64,000 nucleotides of DNA, from positions 1 to 64,000 of the IMG/VR virus record IMGVR_UViG_3300046780_000148. One strand, 5' to 3'. Of the stretch, positions 40,129 to 50,004 are shown piece by piece (positions within the stretch are counted from its first letter, which is position 1; each line of letters begins with the position of its first letter). The notes under the pieces were generated by a model that worked only from the letters and a program-made list of their open reading frames with translations, made no database searches and was not told the DNA's origin. Made by a program: the position numbers and the translations under genes. The DNA comes from a virus.

Positions 40129-40884
40129 ATGCATTTGGCACTAATCCCCCCTAAGGGATTGTTCTCAATGAACAATCATGGTACAGCTAATATGGCCCTT
40201 GCGCATCTTACAAGTACAGCTCGCTACGCTGAACCGTATCAGGTTTCGAAAAACCTTACCATGATCGATAACGGTGCCGCAGAAGGTGCACAAGTTGATA
40301 ACGTAGAGCTTGTCAATGCAGCATCGTTTGTTAAGGCACAAGAAATCATTTTGCCCGACTATCTTGGTGATGCTATGGAGACCAAGATATTGACGAACAA
40401 GTTCTTTTGCTTTTACCAGGAAGACAAAACGCTACCCCAGTTTAACTTCATGGGCGTAGTTCAAGGCCGCAACCTTCTCGAACTGCAACACATGGTAGAC
40501 TTCTACTTGGATTATAGTCTCGTTACTACCATTGGTATTCCTCGATGGACTATAACTAAGTTCGAGCAGGGTGCATTTAGAATTGACTTTGCTCAGTGGT
40601 TGAATAAGAACTATCCACAATTGCAGATTCATCTCCTAGGTGCTTCGCCTGCTTGGCCTCAGGAGATCCTTCGCGCCGCAAAGTATGCACCCTTCATTCG
40701 ATCGTGTGACACGTCGCTGCCATACAACTATGCAATACACCAAATCTATCTGAATGAGGCTACCAGGGCAGTAGTAAAGAGACCGAAAAACTATTTCGAA
40801 ACTACTTACTACCACCTGCTTAGGGATTCCTACGTTAAGCGTAACGTAGGTACCATGAAGTCATGGGCTCTGGGGTTGGCGTAA
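40129..40884 (+). CDS. Short TGT/DpdA-like TIM-barrel transglycosylase
   Basis: MIDNGA, ILPD, GVVQG, IGIP, IHLLG, RSCDTS in TGT-family order; sits in preQ0 cluster. Confidence 0.65.
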   Translation: MHLALIPPKGLFSMNNHGTANMALAHLTSTARYAEPYQVSKNLTMIDNGAAEGAQVDNVELVNAASFVKAQEIILPDYLGDAMETKILTNKFFCFYQEDKTLPQFNFMGVVQGRNLLELQHMVDFYLDYSLVTTIGIPRWTITKFEQGAFRIDFAQWLNKNYPQLQIHLLGASPAWPQEILRAAKYAPFIRSCDTSLPYNYAIHQIYLNEATRAVVKRPKNYFETTYYHLLRDSYVKRNVGTMKSWALGLA

Positions 40885-43235
40885 TGCGAAAGCATCCTGA
40901 AGCTAACTGCGAGAGCTGCCCATTACAAGGGCCCGAGAACACATACGTTCCATCTAGCATTCCGACTTCGCCTAAGATTATTTTGGTTGGCGAAGCACCT
41001 GGACAGGGTGAGGCCCAACGAGGTATTCCCTTCGTTGGGCCTTCGGGCCGTTTGATTAATATGGTCCTGAAGAACTACAAATTCAAACCAAATGAAGTGG
41101 CGTACACTAATGCATGTCTATGTCGTCCTCCTGGTAATGCGACTCCGCCTAAGGCTGCGGTTAATGCATGTCGTCAACGTCTCCTGTATGATATTACCCG
41201 GTCCGGAGCAACAGGTGTCTTGGCGCTTGGAGGCACAGCAGCATCAGCTCTGGTTGATGGTGGAGGGGCAATTACCTCACTCCGCGTCGGTCCTGCAAAG
41301 CTTCCACCCGCAGCGCTCAGGGACACAAGTGTTGAAAAAGTTGTCCCGACGTGGCACCCGGCGTACTGTCTCCGTAACGCTGACGCTTTCCCCTCGCTGG
41401 TAACAGACGTCGGGAAGCTACTTGAGAGCACGAGGAAGCCGTGGACCCCACCGACGTACAATGTCATCGACGATCCCGAACAGGCACTGGAATGGTTGGG
41501 ATCGTTAACGGCTGAAGTATGTGTTGTCGATATCGAATGTGGCATCGAGAAGGACGACAGCTACGGACACCCCAACACATTTGAGATGCTCTGCATCGGA
41601 CTTCAAATGGAAAAGGGTCACGCATTCGTTCTGGGATACAATGCTATTCGACGAGTCGTAGATGGTGTTGCCGAACTTGCACAAGACGTACTCACAGCTC
41701 TCAGCAACTTCCTCAAGCGTACGAAGATCATTGCACACAACGGTAAGTTCGACCTAGCTGGATTGTACCCTCTCGTAGGGGCACAGGAACTCTGGTTCGA
41801 TACTATGCTAGCACACTATGCTCTAGACGAGAGAGTGGGTGCACCGATCCATGGACTTAAAGGTCTTGCCGTCGAATTCTTGGGAGCACCAAAGTACGAC
41901 GACGAAATTAAAACATATGTGCCTCGTGGAGGAAATTACTCCAACATACCTAGGCCGCTTCTCTACAAGTACAACGCGTATGACGTTGATTGCACTTGGA
42001 ATCTGTACGAGCTGTTTGCTGAGAAAATGGATCGAGACGGAGTTCGACGGGTCCACGACTTCATGGTCCGAGCTGCAAATGCCCTTATGTACTTGGAGCT
42101 TAACGGAATTGCTTTTGATCGTGCATACTCCAATATGCTACAAAGTGACTACCAAGCGAGGCTCACTGAGATCGAATCTACTTTCTGTGCCATCACAGAT
42201 AATGGATCCTTTAATCCTCGTTCACCCAAGCAGGTAAAGGAGTTCTTACATGGCCAAGGAATTAAGGTTCTATCTACCGACGCCGATACTCTTGACGGAC
42301 TACGAGACAGAATTGATCCCAGAAGCACAGCTGGAAGATTTGTTGAACAGCTTCTTCACTATCGACGGGAACAGAAACTGTATAGTACATACGTGGTCGG
42401 ACTCCGAAAGAGACTATACCGTGGAAGAATATATACAACTTACCTCCTACACGGTACGACATCTGGACGCCTGGCAAGTCGGAACCCAAATCTCCAAAAC
42501 ATTGTTCGTGATAAGGGAATTAGACGGCAATTTTCTGTTAGCAAACCTGATAATGTATTTATCCAAGCAGACTACAAGCAAGCAGAAGGCCGTGTCATTG
42601 CCACACTCGCTCAAGACGAGTATCTCAGGGAGATCTTTCTAGACCCCACCGTCGACATCTTCACCAACTTGGGTGTGAGTCTATACAAGTGTTCCCCTGA
42701 GGACCTACTCAAGGAACAGCGTATTCGTGTTAAGGCATTCTTCTACGGTCTAGGTTATGGTCGACAGTCGTACAGCATTGCCATGGAGTATGGGTTGACA
42801 CCTGCTGAAGGTGAATCACTCATGCAAGACTTCATGAAGCTCATTCCAGCAACAGTTAAGTGGCAACAGGAAACACGAAGGAAAGTTCTTGCAGGTGAAG
42901 ATCTTGTCACTCACATCGGCCGTCGTCGCCGCTTCCACCTCATTACCGAACAAAATCAAAAGGATGTCCTCAACGAGGCATTGTCCTTTAAGCCGCAATC
43001 CATTTCAAGCGATATTTGCTTGTCAGCGCTTATACGTTTGCGGCCAATGCTCAAGGGACTCGGGTGGATCAGACTTACCATCCATGACGCCCTTGTTGTA
43101 GAATGTCCTGAACGTAATCGTGAAGTAGTAACGGACATGCTTAGAGACGTCATGATTGAAGAGGGTCGTAAGTTCACCACGTACGTACCCTTCGCCGTCG
43201 ATGTCAGCTACGGAAAGACATGGGGTGACCTTTAA
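40884..43235 (+). CDS. Family A DNA polymerase with N-terminal family-4 uracil-DNA-glycosylase domain and 3'-5' exonuclease
   Basis: CESC, GEAPG, FVGPSG, CRPP, HPAY; DIE, HNGKFD, YNAYD; TSGRLAS, ADYKQAE, KAFFYG, IHD. Confidence 0.93.
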   Translation: MRKHPEANCESCPLQGPENTYVPSSIPTSPKIILVGEAPGQGEAQRGIPFVGPSGRLINMVLKNYKFKPNEVAYTNACLCRPPGNATPPKAAVNACRQRLLYDITRSGATGVLALGGTAASALVDGGGAITSLRVGPAKLPPAALRDTSVEKVVPTWHPAYCLRNADAFPSLVTDVGKLLESTRKPWTPPTYNVIDDPEQALEWLGSLTAEVCVVDIECGIEKDDSYGHPNTFEMLCIGLQMEKGHAFVLGYNAIRRVVDGVAELAQDVLTALSNFLKRTKIIAHNGKFDLAGLYPLVGAQELWFDTMLAHYALDERVGAPIHGLKGLAVEFLGAPKYDDEIKTYVPRGGNYSNIPRPLLYKYNAYDVDCTWNLYELFAEKMDRDGVRRVHDFMVRAANALMYLELNGIAFDRAYSNMLQSDYQARLTEIESTFCAITDNGSFNPRSPKQVKEFLHGQGIKVLSTDADTLDGLRDRIDPRSTAGRFVEQLLHYRREQKLYSTYVVGLRKRLYRGRIYTTYLLHGTTSGRLASRNPNLQNIVRDKGIRRQFSVSKPDNVFIQADYKQAEGRVIATLAQDEYLREIFLDPTVDIFTNLGVSLYKCSPEDLLKEQRIRVKAFFYGLGYGRQSYSIAMEYGLTPAEGESLMQDFMKLIPATVKWQQETRRKVLAGEDLVTHIGRRRRFHLITEQNQKDVLNEALSFKPQSISSDICLSALIRLRPMLKGLGWIRLTIHDALVVECPERNREVVTDMLRDVMIEEGRKFTTYVPFAVDVSYGKTWGDL

Positions 43236-43916
43236 ATGAAGCGAGTAGGAGACATACCAGAACTTGGAGACATTCTCGGTTACGGCCAGGATGCTGATAA
43301 GCGATACGCACGACTGGTCGGAATTCGTAAGGACAATTGTAGAGCTATGGAGAGATTTATCTTTCGCCTCTTTCAAAGAGGTGACAAAGAATTCCCAACA
43401 GGTGAATATAAAACATCGTGGCTAATCGTGCCGTGGAGCGGACGTGAACTATAGTGGAAGTTCCTCCAGAGGATATGGATTGTCTAATCGCGGTAGCACA
43501 ACTATACGTTAACGCATTTCGTGAAGACGAGATGATGTCGCTGACAGAGAAATTGGCACTACAAGAAGTCGAAGCAGTTGTCGAGAGGTGGACACGATCT
43601 GATGATGGGACAACCACTACAGGAAGTTACGTTCTCGACGATTTATAACTGGGCACAAAGTCGCACAATCTTTAGATTGGAGAGCAATACGCATTACATG
43701 CAGACTTATGTCAATGACGAAATACTTGTGCGCTTAGCCTTCCCACCATTCAGACTAATTAAAGATCATCTTGCAGATATGGCAAAGAGGTGGAACGAAA
43801 TGGTTCCATCGTGGGATAAGGTTAGATTTGTTTACAGGTCGGAAATAGGTTGGTACATAGTTCATATTCTTGCACCTAAGGAGGAAGAGTGCCCCGAGGA
43901 CAAGCAGCAGAAATAG
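43236..43916 (+). other. Three small hypothetical genes (43236-43454, 43454-43648, ~43602-43916)
   Basis: Packed ORFs. Confidence 0.55.
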
Positions 43917-44212
43917 GTAACACAAATGTATCACAGAACGGATACAATCACACACGTACTGAGGACGGCTGGAGACTTACACATCACCTAATTGCAGAAG
44001 CCGCAATGGGACGGCCGCTCAATACGGCTACAGAGACGGCGCGGTTTAAGGATGGCGACAAGACGAATCTCGACCCCGATAACATCGAAGTTGTCCCGAA
44101 GAAGACTGCGACAGCGAATAAGGTTCTTGCTAAGCTCATTGCGCAGCGAGCAGAAATCGATGCACAGATAAAACTGATCCAAAACGATATAGCTCTTAGA
44201 GCTAAAGAATAA
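43889..44212 (+). CDS. HNH_3-like protein, catalytic motif degenerate
   Basis: THHLIAEAAMGRPL...ARFKDGDKTNLDPDNI. Confidence 0.7.
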   Translation: MPRGQAAEIGNTNVSQNGYNHTRTEDGWRLTHHLIAEAAMGRPLNTATETARFKDGDKTNLDPDNIEVVPKKTATANKVLAKLIAQRAEIDAQIKLIQNDIALRAKE

Positions 44213-44231
44213 TTTGTCAAGCTATTTAACA

Positions 44232-44322
44232 AGCTTAGACTTTAGTTAGACAGAAGATTCATAGTAACGCCGTAGCTCTATATACGTTAAGGATCTTGAT
44301 TGTTAGACTTTAGTTAAACTTG
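44232..44322. repeat. Phased TTAGAC element, copy C
   Basis: TTAGAC at 44235, 44246, 44303 and TTAAAC at 44314; TTAGACTTTAGTTAGAC is the reverse complement of the start of copy A. Confidence 0.75.
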
Positions 44323-44473
44323 AGGAGATGATATGAAAGAGAAGCTTTGTAAATGTGGTCGCGGAACACAAAAGCCAGCTAACCAAGGAGGTACAGGCAC
44401 AGGTAAGTACTGTTGTATGTACTGCGCTAGGCAAGAGGGATACCACACGTTCCATTGCGACAAGAGGAATCGC

Positions 44474-44530
44474 CCCGGGCCCCCTGAAGGGTAGAACACC
44501 ACAGGGCGCGAAAGATTGAAATTGGACCTC
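44474..44530 (+). repeat. 57-bp exact direct repeat, copy 1
   Basis: Identical to 58653-58709. Confidence 0.92.
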
Positions 44531-44553
44531 GGATAAAATGAGAGATAAGTGCT

Positions 44554-45749
44554 ATGTATATTGACACGGTAAAGCTTTCGGGTAATGGTCCATACCATCT
44601 TGCGGTAAAGATTAGGATCAAAACGTGGAAAGCGTTCTGCAGGCCCAATGGACGTTCCGAGACCTATACGTATCGTATTAGTGTTCCAGGGCCTGATCGA
44701 CTCTGTGCCGATTGTCGGGCAGAGATCAAGCGCAAGAGGAATGGAGTCAAGTGAAGATCGTTAGTGGAGATAGAGGCTGGGGCCGAACTACATGGGCAGT
44801 AGATTGGCTACTGCAGGGAGAACCGATCAATAGCAACCCGTGGTGGAATCGTCTTATCGTTTGTATTCACGAGAGTGAAACGGAACGAGTTCTGGGTCAA
44901 GTCCATACAGCATCGATGGAATGGGAGCGGCGCCTACGCAGGCTTCCGGTCGGATCTCTTCAGATGCAGCAGGCCGAGATCCTAGCTAATGCCCGCGCCT
45001 CTGTGGTGAGCTTAAATACGTACACAGAGCGGTCGCGAGGTATTCGAATGGACATGGTCGAAGTGTGTATCGATAACTTCGATATGCTTCTGCACAAGCT
45101 GGGTGTCATGTTTCCACCGAAGGTACTGACCGTAACTAATTGGGAGCTAGAACAACTTCCCGACCCGAGAACTAATCGATGAAAACTACTGTCGAGTTGA
45201 ATCGTGGAACACGTGCTAGGACCTGGGAGGTCGATGATATGCCCTACATCCCTGAGGGTGCATTGATTCACGACATAACCTATGGTGGCGCCTATAGGGT
45301 TGTAGTTAACAGCATCCTCCTGATCGACCGGGATGGGGTAGCTGAAGTAATCCAAAGGTTGGTGTGCGGACAATGAGAACGCGTGTTGAAGTTATTGGTC
45401 AGGAACTCGATAAGCATTGGGAAGGCGACTTACCAATTATTCCCAAAGGCTGTATAGTAGATATAGACTACAGTGGCTATGAAGTAGCCAAGTGCATAAT
45501 CATGCTTGATGCTGATGGAGGTCCGGTACAGCTCTTGAGGTGCAACCCATGAGCGAAGAACCACGTGTAACAGTTACTGTCGACCTAGAACAGTTCTGGA
45601 GAGTAAAGCTATCTGTTACTCGTGAGCAGTCACGTGACAGGGTTGCGATGAACAAACTCATCGCAGTAGCAATAGCTGCGGGCGACTGTGAAACTGAGGG
45701 GCCAAGAGTGACTAACGCCATGTACGTAGATTTGAATATTCAACGATGA
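44554..45749 (+). other. Five small genes (44554-44754, 44751-45182 P-loop-like, 45179-45376, 45373-45552, ~45549-45749)
   Basis: Coupled overlaps; GDRGWGRT/CIDN in 44751; 45179 and 45373 are tandem paralogs. Confidence 0.6.
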
Positions 45750-46258
45750 GAATTATTGCGATCGATCCGGGACCGACTACGGGCATCTGTATCTACGACC
45801 ACTTCGAAATGTCCGATCGCAGTAACGCATTTCTCGTCAAGCCTGGTTACGACAAGCGTGAGTTCATGTTCGATCAAGTGAATGTTAACTCTGCTGCGCA
45901 ATACCTATGGTTCTGGGAACAGCTCAACTTTTGGTGTAACAATCCAGACACACATGTTGTTCTCGAACGATTCAACTTCCGCAAGGACGAACGTGATCGT
46001 ACGAAGATCATTTATACGCCTGCAGAGATCGTAGGCATCGTACGACTTTGGTGTCAGAAGAACAACGTCCACTGTGAGCTGCAAATGGCATCCGAAGCCA
46101 AAGCAGGGTTCTGGGATGACGATAAGCTCCGCCGCCTAGGACTCTACAAGTCAGGATCGAAGCATGCGATGGATGCGCTCAAGCATTGCATGCAGTACCT
46201 GACCTTCACTCTTAACGACCAGTACTACATCTACAAACTCAAGCCGGAGAAGCTATGA
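45746..46258 (+). CDS. RuvC-like Holliday junction resolvase
   Basis: IIAIDPGPTTG, VVLERF, HAMDA. Confidence 0.8.
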   Translation: MRIIAIDPGPTTGICIYDHFEMSDRSNAFLVKPGYDKREFMFDQVNVNSAAQYLWFWEQLNFWCNNPDTHVVLERFNFRKDERDRTKIIYTPAEIVGIVRLWCQKNNVHCELQMASEAKAGFWDDDKLRRLGLYKSGSKHAMDALKHCMQYLTFTLNDQYYIYKLKPEKL

Positions 46259-46488
46259 CCAGTCCCCAAGTACAATTGGACGAAGCAGTTCATAGCAGTT
46301 TCGGTGCAGATGATTCATACGATGGATGGCTTCTCACAGGGTACGTGCTAGTCACTGCACATACTCGATATGACGGAGACAAGAGGACAACTAGGCTAAG
46401 TCGTACGTATCTCGGCGGCTCAATGCCACACCACGAGATTGTAGGATTGTTGGAGTATGCAAAAGCATTAACGTTACACGAAGAGTAG
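46255..46488 (+). CDS. Hypothetical protein (last rightward gene)
   Basis: ATGA overlap; LLTGYVLV...HEIVGLL. Confidence 0.65.
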   Translation: MTSPQVQLDEAVHSSFGADDSYDGWLLTGYVLVTAHTRYDGDKRTTRLSRTYLGGSMPHHEIVGLLEYAKALTLHEE

Positions 46489-46495
46489 GCATAGT

Positions 46496-46533
46496 GCTGG
46501 CCCGTGACCTTTGAGGGAGGATCACGGGCCAGC
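46496..46533. terminator. Hairpin between convergent genome arms
   Basis: GCTGGCCCGTGA...TCACGGGCCAGC 12-bp IR. Confidence 0.75.
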
Positions 46534-46536
46534 GGT

Positions 46537-47772
46537 CTACTTGACGCTAACGTCTACCGTCTTAGGTCCTATGCTAGTGCGAACTACGGGAACCTGCAAT
46601 GACAAATTAGCCTTAAGGGCCGCTACAGATACAGACACATCAGGAGTTCTAGGTGACAATCCCCTGCTCACTGATGGCGCACCAAAGGCTTGCTGGCTAG
46701 GAATTCCTGTAGGCGAGATCGTTAGCGTTATGGTAGGCGTGCCAAACTTTTCGCAGCTCGCGATTCCTGTGGGTGAGATAATCGCAGGGGCAGTAATCGT
46801 TGGAGACCCAAAAGCTTGTGCGCTAGCTATTCCTGTAGGCGCAATCGTAGCCGTGGTACTGATCGTTGGGTTACCGAACTGTTCCCGGCTAGGTATTCCT
46901 TGGGCGGAAATAGTAGCCGAAGTCGTAATCGTAGGAGAGCCAAAAGCTTCTTGACTTGCGATCCCTGTGGGCGATACAACCTGAGTAATGGCTGGATTGC
47001 CAAATTGCTCCTGGCTAAGTATTCCATTGGGCGACAGAGTATACGATGTACTAATTGTAGGAGATCCAAAGACCTCTTGCGATGCAATTCCACTAGGTGC
47101 AATTGTCTGCACTGCAGGACCAATCGGCCCAGTATCCGTAATGGTAGGAATTGCGAACCACTCTGCAGGCAAGTTAGATAGCGAACCAACCTGCCCCAGA
47201 GTAACTTCATCAATGCCGGCAGCGCCAAGGGATGCAGCCGAAATGTTAATAGGTGTTTCGACGGGAGTTGTACTATTGCCCAGGTAGTAGGCAAAGGTAA
47301 TTAGCCCGCCTGTAACTGTTACTGTGAACTCAAAGCGGTACAGCGTAGTGATAGATAGGTTATTGACTGTGATACCAATCTGGGTAGTACCTGAGTCAAC
47401 AATCTGGATCTTACCGGTAGAGGTACGTACAAGGCGCATAACCTGAACTGCGCCAGAAGTTCGCAGTCTATAGATGGGTGGGTTGATAGCCGCACCCAAA
47501 CCACTCATGTAAAAGTAGAAGCTGATGGTTACAGGTGTGCCCGCAGCGTACCCTAGACCCGTCCACATCTCCTGCGGCGTAGCTGCAGTTGCAGATGTCG
47601 ACATCTCAGTGGCGAGACTGCCAGGAAGTACTACAACGGTATTATCGTAGATGACTACACAGCTAGTACTGTTGATGACGTTAAATGCATCGCCCGAGGT
47701 GCCACCAGAGTTGGCTGGAGTAACGGTAACCCCGTTGGTTCCCCCAGCGCCCGTATTTCGCCGCGTAGTCAT
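46537..47772 (-). CDS. Putative tail fibre/adhesin with seven ~20-22-aa repeats
   Basis: Thr/Gly-rich beta-type N-terminus; repeats I(S/A)PTGIxSxxxFGxPTI. Confidence 0.7.
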   Translation of the reverse strand: MTTRRNTGAGGTNGVTVTPANSGGTSGDAFNVINSTSCVVIYDNTVVVLPGSLATEMSTSATAATPQEMWTGLGYAAGTPVTISFYFYMSGLGAAINPPIYRLRTSGAVQVMRLVRTSTGKIQIVDSGTTQIGITVNNLSITTLYRFEFTVTVTGGLITFAYYLGNSTTPVETPINISAASLGAAGIDEVTLGQVGSLSNLPAEWFAIPTITDTGPIGPAVQTIAPSGIASQEVFGSPTISTSYTLSPNGILSQEQFGNPAITQVVSPTGIASQEAFGSPTITTSATISAQGIPSREQFGNPTISTTATIAPTGIASAQAFGSPTITAPAIISPTGIASCEKFGTPTITLTISPTGIPSQQAFGAPSVSRGLSPRTPDVSVSVAALKANLSLQVPVVRTSIGPKTVDVSVK

Positions 47773-47780
47773 CTATGCCC

Positions 47781-48638
47781 CTAGAGCTTGAAGATACGGT
47801 TCGAACCATTATCCCAAGTAACGAGAATGTTACCACCATTGGGAGTTACAGGAAGTCCCGAAGCTGTTACAGGAGCTAGAGCCCGTGCAGCAGCAGTCAC
47901 CGTTGTAGAGGACACGGTCAAAGACCTATCTCCGGCATTGCCTGCAACTGTAAGTGTCGCGCTCTGCCCTGTGGAGAACGTAAGGACCGTACCATTCGGA
48001 ATGCCCGCAACTAGAGGTTCAACAACAAGGGTAGTGCCTGCGGTAAGAGTTGCGTCAGCAGTCACTGTGTGATAGCCAGTAATAATTGCTACCACGTTTG
48101 AGGTGCTATCTGTTCCAGTATCCTTGAAGATGATTAGTGCCTTGATCGGGTTGCCAGAGATGCTTGTGAAGGTCGTATCGGCAGCATCAAAGACACCTGA
48201 TGTGAAGGTCTTAGATCCTAGTGTCTGCTTGGCGCCAACTAGTGCCGCATTGAAATCGTCGAAGAAGTCCGCAGACGTTGATGGTCCAAGGCACATAGCA
48301 ATACCGCCGGACGTATACGCAGCCGATCCTACGACGTTCACACCTGATACAGGATTGGTAAGCTCGAAGGTGTTTGCAGCTACGTTAGCAATCTTCCAAA
48401 CACCATTGGCCGAAAGGTTGCCACCAACGCCGTTGACGAATACCAAGTCACCATTCGTGAAGCCGTGAGCAGTAGCCGTAATGACAATCGGCGTAGCGTT
48501 CGTAGCACCCGTGATGGTCTTGATGCCTACGTCGTTAGTTGCTAGATCGAGTGCTGCAACGGAAATAGTATCCGATGTCATGTTAATGGTACCCGCCAGA
48601 ATATACTGACGGCCCAGTTCAAATAGCCCGTTAGACAC
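47781..48638 (-). CDS. Putative minor tail/structural protein
   Basis: ITGATNATPIVITATAHG module; LPVTPNGGNI...WDNG..IFKL end typical of phage virion proteins. Confidence 0.65.
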   Translation of the reverse strand: MSNGLFELGRQYILAGTINMTSDTISVAALDLATNDVGIKTITGATNATPIVITATAHGFTNGDLVFVNGVGGNLSANGVWKIANVAANTFELTNPVSGVNVVGSAAYTSGGIAMCLGPSTSADFFDDFNAALVGAKQTLGSKTFTSGVFDAADTTFTSISGNPIKALIIFKDTGTDSTSNVVAIITGYHTVTADATLTAGTTLVVEPLVAGIPNGTVLTFSTGQSATLTVAGNAGDRSLTVSSTTVTAAARALAPVTASGLPVTPNGGNILVTWDNGSNRIFKL

Positions 48639-48646
48639 AAGTCCTC

Positions 48647-49000
48647 CTAGGTCGTCACTTGCTGGCGAACAGTTACATCCCCGAAGAGGGGTCTCTTAGT
48701 AGGCACCCCCGCAATGCCATAAAGGAACAGGTCGTACACACCCACTAGCCAAGTATAGGCGGTCGTCTTAGCTGCTGAGATGTGTACGTATACCTGTCCA
48801 GCGCTTCCATTGATAGTGATACCCGAACCGACCGTTAGTGTTTCTAAAACGGTTCCGCCAATACTGTTGCGAATCTCCATCTTCGCCGTCCAACTAGTTA
48901 TGTCTTGGACAGCCGAATGTATATCATCAACCCACACCTGCAGTGCGAGATCGAGATCCGCGCCTTGATCGACTGCTAAGTCATACCTAGTGGCAGACAT
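48647..49000 (-). CDS. BppU/LtfC-like small tail-associated protein
   Basis: DQGAD...DITSWTAKMEIR...GVYDL...G.VTV..QVT. Confidence 0.65.
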   Translation of the reverse strand: MSATRYDLAVDQGADLDLALQVWVDDIHSAVQDITSWTAKMEIRNSIGGTVLETLTVGSGITINGSAGQVYVHISAAKTTAYTWLVGVYDLFLYGIAGVPTKRPLFGDVTVRQQVTT

Positions 49001-49001
49001 A

Positions 49002-50003
49002 TTAAACCTTCTGTACCAGGTTTAGCTTACTCAGGACAGCTACAGCAATACGGTCTACGTCAGCATCCGACAGAGGTGCCGCAGGAACAGTCTCAGTCGG
49101 GATTGCTTCCACCATAGTAGTGAGCGTGGAGATGGCCCCTGCAAGCTTACCCAGACCCACGTTAACAGTATTGATCAGTTCGTAGGTCTCAGTGATGCCG
49201 GATTCCCACGTGATGAACTTGTTAGTAGTAGCATCGAAGCGTGACGGAAAATTCTTAAGCTGCCCATCAGTGTGCAAGAGTACATCTAGATCTGTAGCGG
49301 TAGTCATGGGTTCACCCTTTCCAATTAGTGTGTAGAACGTCGATTCCGTTCCTTCGTAAGCTGACGCGTCGCACTTTGGCTGTGTACCAATAGTGACAGC
49401 ACCTCCGCAGTATTGCCACAGCGAAGGCATTCTTGGGGGCGTCCCATATGCCTTCCATCCTGGACCACTTGAACCTCCGCACTGTGCATAACGAATCTTC
49501 ATGTCAATACTAGTTGCGTTCGGATAGTTAGCATTCCAAAGAGGTTCGGTCGTAGGAACGCTGGCACCGTACTCGCCCTTAGACGCGTACTCAATAACTG
49601 TTAGGCCTGACTTCTGCTTTAGCAGAACAGCTGCCTCATGTCCTACTTCACCTGAAACGTGATCGTAGGGCCAAGTCTCCGTATCCATCTGAAAGAACCC
49701 ACCCGGATGTGTAAGCAGCCAAGGTGCATCAGACTTCACGTACGCCAAGAAGTAGTCGACCTGTTGCGATACAGTTCCGTTACCCCCATCACCGGGAGTG
49801 CGAGGAACCATATAGGCACCTACGAAAGGCAGACCAGCATCTCGAGCACGCTTGACGCCTTCACCAAAGTGCTTATGCCGAATGCTAGTACCTTCGGTCG
49901 CCTTGTGTGTGAAGCCGGTCAAACCGGCCCCCTTGGCTGCGACGAGATCCACAGGGCCTTTAGGCCAATCGAAATCAGAGCAGTCCCAAAAATATAGAGT
50001 CAT
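49002..50003 (-). CDS. Endolysin, GH25 muramidase
   Basis: WDCSDF, HKATEG, GAY, QMDTE, LWNANY, LWQY. Confidence 0.85.
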   Translation of the reverse strand: MTLYFWDCSDFDWPKGPVDLVAAKGAGLTGFTHKATEGTSIRHKHFGEGVKRARDAGLPFVGAYMVPRTPGDGGNGTVSQQVDYFLAYVKSDAPWLLTHPGGFFQMDTETWPYDHVSGEVGHEAAVLLKQKSGLTVIEYASKGEYGASVPTTEPLWNANYPNATSIDMKIRYAQCGGSSGPGWKAYGTPPRMPSLWQYCGGAVTIGTQPKCDASAYEGTESTFYTLIGKGEPMTTATDLDVLLHTDGQLKNFPSRFDATTNKFITWESGITETYELINTVNVGLGKLAGAISTLTTMVEAIPTETVPAAPLSDADVDRIAVAVLSKLNLVQKV

Positions 50004-50004
50004 G

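Noticed and set aside
44751-45182. Thymidine kinase or terminase call
   Set aside because: Only a degenerate Walker A (GDRGWGRT); too short and lacks other motifs.
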